Positions 1 to 9,413 of a stretch of DNA of 49,858 nt are shown piece after piece. Within the stretch, counting starts at the first letter, position 1, and each line of letters starts with the position of its first letter. The notes under the pieces were generated by a model, which searched no databases, was not told where the DNA came from, and saw only the letters and a list, made by a program, of their open reading frames with translations. The position numbers and the translations under genes are program-made. The stretch lies in the sequence record SRR22947725_2259. The stretch is one strand, 5' to 3'.

Positions 1-990
1 CGCATGGCAACTTTTGCTCGTGAGGAAACCGGCAAAAAGAACTTATGCTTATCAGGGGGTGTTGCTTTAAATTGCGTCGCGAATGGAAAGCTCCAAGCAA
101 AAAAGATATTCGATAATATTTGGATACAGCCAGCTTCAGGGGATGCTGGAGGAGCACTCGGTGCAGCTCTATTTACAAACTACCAACTTTTAAACCGTGA
201 AAGAGAAGTAAATTCAAACGATTCAATGAAAGGAAGTTATCTTGGTCCTAGATATAAAGACGATCAAATTTCAGATTTTTTAAAGGATGTGGGAGGTATC
301 TCGCAAATTTATAACAATGAAGACGAATTGTTGGAAGAAGTATGCTCAGCAATTAAAAATGAAAAAATTATTGGATGGTTTAATGGTCGAATGGAGTTTG
401 GTCCTCGGGCCTTGGGTAACCGAAGCATAATTGGAGATGCCCGAACTGAAAAAACCCAAACTCAAATGAACTTGAGTATAAAATACCGGGAGTCCTTTCG
501 TCCCTTCGCCCCGAGCGTATTGGAGGAAAAATCTCAGGAATATTTTGATTTGGATTCTTCATCTCCTTACATGCTCCTTGTTGCCCCGATTGGACAATCA
601 ATCAGGTCTTCGCTTACCCCAAAAGATGAAGAGACAATGAAAGAGCCGAACTTACTCAAGAGGGTAAGGATTAAAAGGTCCACTATCCCTGCTGTTACCC
701 ATGTTGATTATTCAGCCAGGGTTCAAACCGTATCAGAACTCAGAAATGGTCGCTATTATCGATTGATCAAGAAATTCGAGCAACTTACTGGGTCTGGAGT
801 TATTGTAAATACAAGTTTCAATGTTCGCGGAGAACCGATTGTTTCTAGTCCCGAAGATGCATACCGATGTTTCATGGCTACCGAAATGGATGTATTGGTC
901 TTAGAGAACCATATTCTCTACAAAACCGAACAACCAAAAAAAAACATAATATCTAAAGACTTACATGTCTCACAATTTAAACTCGATTAA
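1..990 (+). CDS. O-carbamoyltransferase (NodU/CmcH/TobZ family), C-terminal part, 5'-truncated by the window edge
   Basis: Motifs GGVALN, GDAGGALGAA, EFGPRALGNRS, KYRESFRPFAP, HVDYSARVQT, NTSFN; frame is open to position 1. Confidence 0.95.
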   Translation, partial: RMATFAREETGKKNLCLSGGVALNCVANGKLQAKKIFDNIWIQPASGDAGGALGAALFTNYQLLNREREVNSNDSMKGSYLGPRYKDDQISDFLKDVGGISQIYNNEDELLEEVCSAIKNEKIIGWFNGRMEFGPRALGNRSIIGDARTEKTQTQMNLSIKYRESFRPFAPSVLEEKSQEYFDLDSSSPYMLLVAPIGQSIRSSLTPKDEETMKEPNLLKRVRIKRSTIPAVTHVDYSARVQTVSELRNGRYYRLIKKFEQLTGSGVIVNTSFNVRGEPIVSSPEDAYRCFMATEMDVLVLENHILYKTEQPKKNIISKDLHVSQFKLD

Positions 991-1434
991 TTGCCTGTGG
1001 CAAAAGGGGACTCAGTTATAAAAAAATCCCAAGAAGTAAGATTACGGTTTCCTTTAAAGCTAATCTTTGGCTTTCCAATAGTAGGAGTAATTTGGACTGT
1101 AATAATTTATTTCCTTTCTGATACAAGTAAACTTAATTTTAATATCGCTTATTGGATTGGAGGTATTGGAATATTTCTTGGAATGCTTTGCTTGATCAAC
1201 GAAAGCATTTTCCGATTAACTTCGTGGCTATGGCACAAACTTGTTTTCCTAATTGATACCGCCATTACTTGGTTAACTCTGCCGATCTTTTACTACCTAA
1301 TTTTTTCTCCCTTTGCATTAATTTTACGGGTACTCGGCAAAGTAAATATGAAAAAAATGTCACCAAACAAAGAAACTTATTGGCAACCCGTTAGGCAATC
1401 CGACGACAATAAGCAGTACCTTAGACAATTTTAA
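991..1434 (+). CDS. SxtJ-like small membrane protein
   Basis: 147 aa with several hydrophobic segments, FYYLIFSPFALILR motif, C-terminal YLRQF; directly follows the carbamoyltransferase; TTG (or GTG 997) start. Confidence 0.75.
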   Translation: MPVAKGDSVIKKSQEVRLRFPLKLIFGFPIVGVIWTVIIYFLSDTSKLNFNIAYWIGGIGIFLGMLCLINESIFRLTSWLWHKLVFLIDTAITWLTLPIFYYLIFSPFALILRVLGKVNMKKMSPNKETYWQPVRQSDDNKQYLRQF

Positions 1435-1447
1435 ACACCTATTGATT

Positions 1448-1648
1448 ATGACAAACAAGAATACCGAAGATTTTGAAAAACTAGTAAAAGAAGAAAAATC
1501 TAATAGTTTCGTCAAAGAACTCATACTCATGCTTATGCACAATAAGAAATGGTGGCTTACCCCCATTATCTTGGTTCTTTTGCTTTTTGGAGCACTCATA
1601 ATAATGGGAGGAAGTAGTTACGCCCCATTTATATACACGCTATTCTAG
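1448..1648 (+). CDS. SxtK-like / DUF5989 small membrane protein
   Basis: KKWWLTPII...APFIYTLF signature; ATG at 1448. Confidence 0.88.
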   Translation: MTNKNTEDFEKLVKEEKSNSFVKELILMLMHNKKWWLTPIILVLLLFGALIIMGGSSYAPFIYTLF

Positions 1649-1652
1649 TAAC

Positions 1653-2507
1653 CTGAGCACTCAAAAAAAGGAGATAATAATAAAATCAAACCGTTCATGG
1701 TTTGACTTAGAATTAACGGAGTTTTGGAAGTTCAGGGATTTGATTTATCTTCTTGTTCGTCAAGACTTAGTCACATCATACAAGCAAACTCTCCTAGGCC
1801 CTTTTTGGATAATTATACAAGGTCTCGCTGGCAGTGCAGTCTTTACTATCATTTTTGGAAACATAGCTAATCTATCTACGGATGGACATCCGGCGTTTTT
1901 ATTCTATTTATGTGGTAATTTAGCATGGCAGTATTTCGGCAGCACATTCGGTATTGGGTCCAATGCACTCCAATCAAATGTAGGACTTTTTTCAAAAGTT
2001 TACTTTCCAAGATTTATTCCTCCTGTAAGCCAATCTCTCTCAGCCTTATTGAATTTCGTGATACAATTGATTGTCCTCTTTGTCGCAATTTACATTTACC
2101 GTACACAATTACCGAGTATGGTAACATCACCATCTGAATGGGTATGGTTATTACCCTTATTGGTACTACAATCCGCCCTTCTAGGACTTGGAATAGGGTT
2201 CATTATCTCTGCGGTTTCAGTCAAATATCGAGATGTAAGTCGTTTGGCGGGAATGTTTACTCAGTTCGTAATGTATGCATCGCCCATAATTTATCCTGTC
2301 TCTGAAATTCCATTAAAGTACCAGCCTTACCTTGCTTATAATCCATTAACTTTCATCGTAGAATCCTACAGGTTTTTGCTTTTAGGACATTCGACTGCCT
2401 GCAATCTAGAATTTGCAATTCCATCTATTCTAATAACCTTAGCTATATTCTGCGTGGGATGTATTGCCTATAACTTTACTCAACGTACCTATGTTGACTA
2501 TGTGTAA
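1653..2507 (+). CDS. wzm: ABC transporter permease Wzm (polysaccharide export); start extended to CTG 1653
   Basis: YKQTLLGPFW, FSKVYFPR, KYRD, YASPIIYP, NPL motifs; in-frame upstream codons give the typical N-terminus EIIIKSNRSWFDLELTEFWKFRDL, so the TTG at 1740 is too far downstream. Confidence 0.9.
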   Translation: MSTQKKEIIIKSNRSWFDLELTEFWKFRDLIYLLVRQDLVTSYKQTLLGPFWIIIQGLAGSAVFTIIFGNIANLSTDGHPAFLFYLCGNLAWQYFGSTFGIGSNALQSNVGLFSKVYFPRFIPPVSQSLSALLNFVIQLIVLFVAIYIYRTQLPSMVTSPSEWVWLLPLLVLQSALLGLGIGFIISAVSVKYRDVSRLAGMFTQFVMYASPIIYPVSEIPLKYQPYLAYNPLTFIVESYRFLLLGHSTACNLEFAIPSILITLAIFCVGCIAYNFTQRTYVDYV

Positions 2508-3761
2508 ATGACTGCTCCTTCACCAACTCCCTGCATACAAGTAAAAGATCTTTCTAAATCCTATCGATTAGGAAGTATAGGTCTAGGATCATTTATTAGC
2601 GACTTAAAAGGTCTGGCGAAGAGGGTCGGGTTGCCAATCAAAGAACAAGACTCATCAAAAGACTTTCTAGCCTTGGATAAAATCTGTTTTGAGGCCTTTC
2701 CCGGCGAGGCATTGGGTATTATCGGGCACAATGGAGCGGGTAAGTCCACTCTCTTAAAAATCCTATCCAGAATAACCGAGCCTTCCTCAGGAGAAGCAAT
2801 CCTAAAAGGTAAAGTTGCCTCCCTGCTGGAAGTGGGAACAGGTTTTCATCCAGACATGACGGGAAGAGAAAATATCTTTTTAAATGGGACCCTTCTTGGA
2901 TTGTCAAAAAGAGAGATCAAAGAGTCTTTTGATTCCATCGTTCGCTTCGCACATGTTGAAGAATTTATTGATACACCGGTCAAAAGGTATTCTAGCGGGA
3001 TGTATGTTCGCTTGGCATTTGCGGTAGCTGCCCATCTAAACCCCGACATTCTGATTGTCGACGAAGTATTAGCTGTAGGAGACTTGGCTTTTCAGAAAAA
3101 ATGCATTCAAAAAATGCATCAGGTAGCAGATAGCGGAATGACAATTTTGTTTGTTAGTCACAACTTACAAATGATCAAAAAATTATGCACTAGAAGCGTG
3201 CTCATTGAAAAAGGAAAAGTCGTACAAATTGGAGAGACTGCCGAAGTTATCTCTACATACATACGCTCAAAAGAACAATTGTCGCTTTCCTTCTCTGCGG
3301 ACTACAGATCGGAGCGAAGAAGAGGGACAGGTTTAGCGAGGTTTGATAAGGTCACCTACACGAATGCGGATGGAAGCCCAAAATCACATTTCGAAATTGG
3401 AGAACCGGCATCCTTTCGTATGGAAGTTCTAGCAATTGAAAAACTGGCTAGCTTAAGAATTTTAATTCTAGCACGGAACGAATCTCAGCAGGACAATTTA
3501 ATCGCAATCGAGCACACTGTGTCCTCCTCTGGAATCGAAAAAGGCAAAAGAATTTCCTTTCAAATATTAGTTGAAGAACACAATCTCATGCCAGGGTCAT
3601 ACCCTCTTTATTTTTGGGCTGGCACGACGGATCATTTCCATTTTGATGTTTTGGACGATTTATTGCCTCCCCTACAAATTGTAAATCATGCTCCCGGGGT
3701 CGAAAAGTCCTCCTCTCTTTGTCAGTCAAAATCTAGACTACACGAAGTCTGCTTTTCATAA
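2508..3761 (+). CDS. wzt: ABC transporter ATPase Wzt with C-terminal extension (putative carbohydrate-binding domain)
   Basis: Walker A GHNGAGKST, signature YSSGM, Walker B ILIVDE, H-loop VSH; ~160 aa C-terminal extension. Confidence 0.95.
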   Translation: MTAPSPTPCIQVKDLSKSYRLGSIGLGSFISDLKGLAKRVGLPIKEQDSSKDFLALDKICFEAFPGEALGIIGHNGAGKSTLLKILSRITEPSSGEAILKGKVASLLEVGTGFHPDMTGRENIFLNGTLLGLSKREIKESFDSIVRFAHVEEFIDTPVKRYSSGMYVRLAFAVAAHLNPDILIVDEVLAVGDLAFQKKCIQKMHQVADSGMTILFVSHNLQMIKKLCTRSVLIEKGKVVQIGETAEVISTYIRSKEQLSLSFSADYRSERRRGTGLARFDKVTYTNADGSPKSHFEIGEPASFRMEVLAIEKLASLRILILARNESQQDNLIAIEHTVSSSGIEKGKRISFQILVEEHNLMPGSYPLYFWAGTTDHFHFDVLDDLLPPLQIVNHAPGVEKSSSLCQSKSRLHEVCFS

Positions 3762-4447
3762 TGCTTGCTGTTATTCAAGCTAGATTAAACTCTCAAAGAT
3801 TACCCGGCAAAGCATTGAGAATGCTAGGAAAAAAAAATATTCTTGAGCGTACAATCAATCGGCTCAAGCAATCAAAAAAGATTACAACTGTTGTTGTAGC
3901 TACCTCAACTGAAAAGACTGACGCCCCAATCGCAGAACATGCTCAAAAAATCGGTACTAAAATTTATCGGGGCGAGCTTGAAGATGTCGGTAATAGATTA
4001 TTAAATGCGGCAAAATCAATGGGATCGGGTAGTTTTGTTCGAATTTCAGGGGATAGTCCTTTTATCGATTGGCGGTTAGTGGACCAAGCCATTGACCTCC
4101 ATAATATTTCCGAGGCGGATTTAGTTTCCAATATTTTTCCCCGTACCTACCCCAAAGGCCAATCGGTTGAAATTATCACTACTGCATCCCTCGCCAAGCT
4201 TTGTAAAAGTGATAGAACAAGGGAAGAAAAGGAACATGTGACACCTTATTTTTACAAGAATTACAAAAAGTTTTGTATCGTTAGCTTTACGAGCGGGCAT
4301 AACCACTCCAATTCTATTCATTGTATTGACGACCAAACCGACTTTGAAACTGCTGAGAAAGTAGTTCGAGACTCAGGGAACGATGATCTCTCATGGCAAG
4401 AATTAGAACTTCTATTTTCAAAACACCAAAAAAAACTTGAAGGATAA
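3761..4447 (+). CDS. SpsF-like cytidylyltransferase (CMP-nonulosonate synthetase family)
   Basis: IQARLNSQRLPGK, RISGDSP, EHVTPY motifs. Confidence 0.88.
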   Translation: MLAVIQARLNSQRLPGKALRMLGKKNILERTINRLKQSKKITTVVVATSTEKTDAPIAEHAQKIGTKIYRGELEDVGNRLLNAAKSMGSGSFVRISGDSPFIDWRLVDQAIDLHNISEADLVSNIFPRTYPKGQSVEIITTASLAKLCKSDRTREEKEHVTPYFYKNYKKFCIVSFTSGHNHSNSIHCIDDQTDFETAEKVVRDSGNDDLSWQELELLFSKHQKKLEG

Positions 4448-5453
4448 CCTAAATGCTGGAGTCATTGGTCTCGGAGTGGGAGAAAGCCACATCACCGGTT
4501 TACAGGCTCACCCAAGATGCAAAGTCGGCACTATATGCGACCTTAATGAAGAAGTTTTGAAAACGGTTGGTCAAAGGTACCCATCGTGCCAACTTACAGT
4601 CGATCCACTTTCTATTTTAGACGATCCCTATATCGACATAGTCTGTATTGCATCCTATGATGATGCCCATGAATCTCAGGTTCTTAGAGCCCTTCGTAAC
4701 AACAAACATGTTTTTGTAGAAAAACCATTATGTTTGTTAGGAAAAGAATTAAATAACATAGCCGATGAGCTAAATTCGAAACCTCACCTCTCTTTTTCCT
4801 CTAATCATATCCTAAGGAAGACTCCTCGGTTCGCTGAGTTAAAAGAACGAATTTCCTCCAACTTACTTGGTGAAATCTTTCATATGGAAGGAAGCTACGA
4901 TTACGGGCGCCTACACAAACTCACAGACGGTTGGCGTGGCCAAATCCCAAATTATTCTGTTACCCTAGGCGGTGGCATACATGTCATTGACTTAATGCTT
5001 TGGTTGTCAGGAAAAAAAGTTTCTTCCGTTTTTGCTAGAGGTAACAACATTGCTACTTCAATTTCCCTATTTGAAGGACTATCCCTGACCACTTCGGTTT
5101 TACAATTTGAAGATGGAAGTACCGGACAAATAACTTCAAATTTTGCGTCCGTAGCACCTCATCATCACAAGCTTTCCCTGTATGGCACAAGCGGCACATT
5201 CGAACAAAGCCATTGCGGTGCAAATTATTATTGGTCGAGAGATCCACTCGAAGACCGAGAAGAAGTGTCATCAGATTATCCAGGCGCAGCAAAGGGTGAC
5301 TTAATAATGAACTTCATCGATACGATTTTCTCTAACGATACTCCACTTGTATCGAAGCAGGAGGTTTTGGATGCAGTAAGCGTTTGCTTGGCAATTGACC
5401 AATCCATAACCTCCAGCACTCCTCAACAAGTAATTTATCATAGTGTCTCATGA
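4437..5453 (+). CDS. Gfo/Idh/MocA family oxidoreductase
   Basis: GVIGLGVG Rossmann motif, HVFVEKP, GIHVID. Confidence 0.92.
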   Translation: MKDNLNAGVIGLGVGESHITGLQAHPRCKVGTICDLNEEVLKTVGQRYPSCQLTVDPLSILDDPYIDIVCIASYDDAHESQVLRALRNNKHVFVEKPLCLLGKELNNIADELNSKPHLSFSSNHILRKTPRFAELKERISSNLLGEIFHMEGSYDYGRLHKLTDGWRGQIPNYSVTLGGGIHVIDLMLWLSGKKVSSVFARGNNIATSISLFEGLSLTTSVLQFEDGSTGQITSNFASVAPHHHKLSLYGTSGTFEQSHCGANYYWSRDPLEDREEVSSDYPGAAKGDLIMNFIDTIFSNDTPLVSKQEVLDAVSVCLAIDQSITSSTPQQVIYHSVS

Positions 5454-6601
5454 ATTCTAAAAATATACCCTTCGGTCAGCCTATTCTTGGAGATGAAGAA
5501 AAACAGGCGGTTGAAGAAGTTCTTTCAGGACCAATCCTTGTACACGGTCCGAGAAGTGAACTCTTTGAAAGTTCCTTTGCTGAATTTACAGGAGCGCCCC
5601 ATGCCATTAGTGTTTCCTCCTGCACAGCTGGTATGCATCTGATTTACCATGCCTTGGGTTTTGGCCCGGGAGATGAAGTCATTGTTCCAAGTCAGACGCA
5701 TGTGGCTACTGCACATGCTGTTGAGCTTACCGGTGCCTGTCCAGTATTTGCCGATGCAGAACTCAAATCTGGAAATATCGACCCCAAGTCCATCGAGGCA
5801 TTGATCACTCCAAGAACTAAAGCCTTGGCCATCGTTCATTACCTTGGTGTTCCTGCCGATATGGAAAGTATTTCGAAGATTGCAAAAAAAAATAACCTTT
5901 TCTTACTCGAAGACTGTGCCTTATCACCAGGAGCTTCCCATAATGGTATTCATACTGGCTTAATTGGAGATGCCGGGTGCTTCTCTTTTTATCCCGTAAA
6001 GCACCTAACCACCGCAGAAGGTGGTATGATTATTCTCAAAGATGAAGCTCTTGCCCAAAAGTTAAGATTACTCAAGGCATTTGGGGTTAACCGCACACAT
6101 GGCGAAAGAAAAATCCCCGGGGACTACGATGTGGTTGATTTGGGATACAATTACAGAATGAGCGAAGTGCACGCCGCCATTGGTGTTGAGCAAATGAAAA
6201 AGCTCCCGTCCTTTTTAAATAAAAGAAGAGACAACTTTGAAAGTCTTGAATCCTTGCTTAGTTCAAAAAATGGCTTTCGAATCCTCCCCCAACCAATCAA
6301 CGATGTGCAAACTAGCAGTCATTATTGCATGGGTATGATATTGGATTCTGCATTAGCCGTCAATCGAGCTACCATCATGGATCTACTAAAAGCTAGAGGC
6401 ATTGGCACTAGTATTTATTATCCTCACCCCGTTCCTCACATGACCTATTACAAGGAAAAATATGGAGACATATCCTGCCCAAATGCAGAAACTATCAGTA
6501 ATTCCATTATTGCCCTACCGATTGGTCCACACATTGACCTCATTGACGTGGAGACAATTGCGAGTGAAATCCTATCAGTTTTCGAAGAAGTTAAGAATTA
6601 A
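5450..6601 (+). CDS. DegT/DnrJ/EryC1/StrS PLP-dependent sugar aminotransferase
   Basis: SSCTAGMHL, EDCA, FSFYPVKHLTTAEGG (PLP lysine), GYNYRM. Confidence 0.95.
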   Translation: MNSKNIPFGQPILGDEEKQAVEEVLSGPILVHGPRSELFESSFAEFTGAPHAISVSSCTAGMHLIYHALGFGPGDEVIVPSQTHVATAHAVELTGACPVFADAELKSGNIDPKSIEALITPRTKALAIVHYLGVPADMESISKIAKKNNLFLLEDCALSPGASHNGIHTGLIGDAGCFSFYPVKHLTTAEGGMIILKDEALAQKLRLLKAFGVNRTHGERKIPGDYDVVDLGYNYRMSEVHAAIGVEQMKKLPSFLNKRRDNFESLESLLSSKNGFRILPQPINDVQTSSHYCMGMILDSALAVNRATIMDLLKARGIGTSIYYPHPVPHMTYYKEKYGDISCPNAETISNSIIALPIGPHIDLIDVETIASEILSVFEEVKN

Positions 6602-6607
6602 ATAACT

Positions 6608-7627
6608 ATGGAAAAAATAAATGGTAGAAAAATCTGTCTCATCGGTGGAGCAGGCTTCATCGGTCACAACCTCGCACTCCATCTGCACTCACTAGGGGCT
6701 GAGGTTTCCATAATAGACAGTCTACAAGTCAATAACCTTGCCTCCTTCACTGCAACTTCTGAAGACAGCGTTAATCGTTCTTTATACCTTAGGATTCTCA
6801 ATGAAAGGCAACGACTCTTACAAGACGCCGAGATTCCCCTATTTGTGCAAGACGCACGTAATTACCATGCCCTATGTAAGCTAATTAACGAAATCAACCC
6901 ACAAGTGGTGATACAATTAGCAGCGGTGTCGCATGCCAACAAATCGAACAAAGACCCATACAGCACCTTCGATCATAGTTTTCGTACGTTAGAAAATGCC
7001 TTAGACGCATCTAAAAAAAGAGTAGAACATTTTATTTATTTTTCCTCCAGTATGGTCTACGGACATTTCTACGACGCAGCCGTTACCGAGGAATCAAACT
7101 GCAACCCGCTTGGCATTTACGGTGCACTCAAATACGGCGGAGAAAAATTAGTCATCGCATACAATCAGGTTTTCGACCTTCCTTACACCATTGTTCGCCC
7201 ATCCGCTCTTTATGGGGAAAGATGCGTGAGCAGAAGAGTCGGACAGATATTCATCGAGAATGCTCTCACCGGTAAAGATATAAACATAGCTGGAGACGGA
7301 TCCGACAGGTTGGACTTCACTTACATCAAAGACTTAGTCAAAGGCATAGAGTTGATCATTTCGAAGGATGCTGCCCTAAACCAAACTTTTAATCTCACTT
7401 ATGGAGATTCCAGGTCTCTAGCGGATATGGCAGGTATCATGCAAGCAAACTTCGATGGACTCAATGTGCAATATACCCCCAAAGACAATCTCACTCCCGA
7501 TCGAGGTACCCTCTCAATCGAAAAAGCCCGTTCCCTCTTCGGATTCAGTCCTGAGTTTCCATTGGAAAAAGGGTATGTTGACTACATTAACTGGTACAAG
7601 GAATTCCATTCTGAAACTAGAGGTTGA
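6608..7627 (+). CDS. NAD-dependent epimerase/dehydratase (extended SDR)
   Basis: GGAGFIG, SSSMVYG, YGALK catalytic YxxxK, DFTY. Confidence 0.92.
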   Translation: MEKINGRKICLIGGAGFIGHNLALHLHSLGAEVSIIDSLQVNNLASFTATSEDSVNRSLYLRILNERQRLLQDAEIPLFVQDARNYHALCKLINEINPQVVIQLAAVSHANKSNKDPYSTFDHSFRTLENALDASKKRVEHFIYFSSSMVYGHFYDAAVTEESNCNPLGIYGALKYGGEKLVIAYNQVFDLPYTIVRPSALYGERCVSRRVGQIFIENALTGKDINIAGDGSDRLDFTYIKDLVKGIELIISKDAALNQTFNLTYGDSRSLADMAGIMQANFDGLNVQYTPKDNLTPDRGTLSIEKARSLFGFSPEFPLEKGYVDYINWYKEFHSETRG

Positions 7628-7640
7628 TTCTAAAGCTTTT

Positions 7641-8351
7641 TTGCAAAGAGATTCTTTTCTAGGAAGTATTCTAGGTCTACCAGCTTACAAAATTAACGAA
7701 TTTATTGAGTCTCTAGATCTGAAATTTCCTGAAGATAAAAATTACGGCAAAAAAAGCTCCTTTTTGTATACCAAGGTTGCTTCCTCCAATCTTACTTCCC
7801 TTCGCTTATTTAAGAATTCGGGATTTAAAATTATTGAAGAAAACATTACCTTGGAAAGAAAAGAAGCAACCGATATAAATAAGCTATTCAGGCATCGCCA
7901 GCAATATGAAATCAGATTGGCTAGAGATGGAGACAAAAGTTTTGTAGAGGAGATTGCCGAAACAAGTTTCTCCCACGACAGATTTCATCAAGATCCAAAA
8001 ATAGACAATTTATTGGCCGATGAAATTAAGAGGCAATGGGCGGGAAACTTTTTTTTAGGTCAACGCGGAGATACCATGATCGTGGCTACGGCTAACAACC
8101 GACCAGTCGCCTTCTTGCTCCTACTTCTCCCCCAAAAACACTCCGTCATCGATCTCATCGCTGTCTCCAAGAAACACAGAAAAAAAGGCTTGGGCCTGCA
8201 AATGATTAATTATGCTCTGCAAAACTTTTCAGGGAATAACCGGTGGATTGTAGGTACTCAATCCACCAACATTGCTTCGATCAGACTTTACGAAAGCTTG
8301 GGCTTTCAAACCACTGGGTACCAATATGTGCTCCACAAGCATTATTTCTAA
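7641..8351 (+). CDS. GNAT N-acetyltransferase (WecD/RffC-like); start uncertain
   Basis: DRFHQDPKI, LIAV..HRKKGLG acetyl-CoA motif, VGTQSTNIASIRLYESLGF; the ORF-track start at 7455 overlaps the upstream gene, TTG at 7641 is more plausible. Confidence 0.85.
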   Translation: MQRDSFLGSILGLPAYKINEFIESLDLKFPEDKNYGKKSSFLYTKVASSNLTSLRLFKNSGFKIIEENITLERKEATDINKLFRHRQQYEIRLARDGDKSFVEEIAETSFSHDRFHQDPKIDNLLADEIKRQWAGNFFLGQRGDTMIVATANNRPVAFLLLLLPQKHSVIDLIAVSKKHRKKGLGLQMINYALQNFSGNNRWIVGTQSTNIASIRLYESLGFQTTGYQYVLHKHYF

Positions 8352-8365
8352 CACAGCTAAATGTA

Positions 8366-9388
8366 ATGAAAATAGGGCATTTTGACACTGATAAAAAAGT
8401 ACTGATAATTGCTGAAGTAGGAAATAACCACGAAGGTGACTTTTCGCTAGCAAAAGAATTAGTTTCCCTCGCTGCTGAAGCAGGAGCTGATGCAGTGAAG
8501 TTCCAATATATTATTCCTGAAAAGCTAATTTCACCAACTGATCGATCTAGGATTGAGCAACTCAACAAATTCAAACTTAAAGAACAGAATTATATAAAGC
8601 TTGCGGAAGAAGCTAATCGATTAGGCATGTTATTTCTTTGTACTCCATTTGATCTTTCTGTCATCGATTTCCTCAAGGAACTTGTACCTGCATTTAAAAT
8701 TGCTTCCGGAGACAATAACTTTTTCCCATTAATCGACAAGATTGCGAAAACTGGAAAACCAGTAATAACCTCTCTTGGTTTAGGACAAACCATTCATGCC
8801 CAAAAGCTTCAGGAATACTTTTTTGAAAAATGGAAGCAGCTTGGACACCCAAATCCAGGACTGGGTCTCCTTCACTGTGTCTGCAGTTATCCTACGCCAA
8901 TGGAAGAAGCCTCTATTATACAAATCGATAAACTTAAGTCTTTACCAGTCACACCAGGTTATTCTGATCATACACTAGGAATTAAAGCATGTGAGCTTGC
9001 AGTTGCACGAGGTGCGAGAATTATAGAAAAGCACTTTACCAAAAACAAAAACCATTCATCGTTTCGCGACCACCAATTATCAGCAAATCAAAAGGATTTG
9101 TTAGATTTGGTTCATGCCGTTAGGACTGGAGAACAATACCTAGGGTCTAGTATCTACACACCAGTAGTGTGTGAGGATAAAAGCCTTCCTTTTGTTCGAA
9201 GAGCACCTACTGCAATTAAGGACCTAAAGGTTGGAGAGATATTAAGTATGGAGAACTTTTCTTGGTTGCGGGGAACGGTTTCCAATACAGACCAACCTAT
9301 AGCTGATCTGAGTTTGGACATTCTTGGAACAAAATTACTCAACCCAAAAAAAAAGGGGGAAGTCATTCTTCCCGAAGATATATCATAA
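8366..9388 (+). CDS. neuB: Nonulosonate (N-acetylneuraminate-family) synthase with C-terminal SAF-like domain
   Basis: IAEVGNNHEGD, AVKFQ, FKIASGD, LLHC, GYSDHT, IIEKHFT; ATG at 8366. Confidence 0.92.
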   Translation: MKIGHFDTDKKVLIIAEVGNNHEGDFSLAKELVSLAAEAGADAVKFQYIIPEKLISPTDRSRIEQLNKFKLKEQNYIKLAEEANRLGMLFLCTPFDLSVIDFLKELVPAFKIASGDNNFFPLIDKIAKTGKPVITSLGLGQTIHAQKLQEYFFEKWKQLGHPNPGLGLLHCVCSYPTPMEEASIIQIDKLKSLPVTPGYSDHTLGIKACELAVARGARIIEKHFTKNKNHSSFRDHQLSANQKDLLDLVHAVRTGEQYLGSSIYTPVVCEDKSLPFVRRAPTAIKDLKVGEILSMENFSWLRGTVSNTDQPIADLSLDILGTKLLNPKKKGEVILPEDIS

Positions 9389-9413
9389 AACTGAATTTAC
9401 TGCGTTTCACACA

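Noticed and set aside
1..1648. Saxitoxin biosynthesis cluster (sxtIJK similarity)
   Set aside because: No sxtA, sxtG or other core genes in the window; the context is purely glycan biosynthesis
7455..9413. Long N-terminal extensions in the ORF track (7455, 8243, 9324; likewise 20464 and 32902)
   Set aside because: They overlap upstream genes and precede the family-typical N-termini; later starts were chosen
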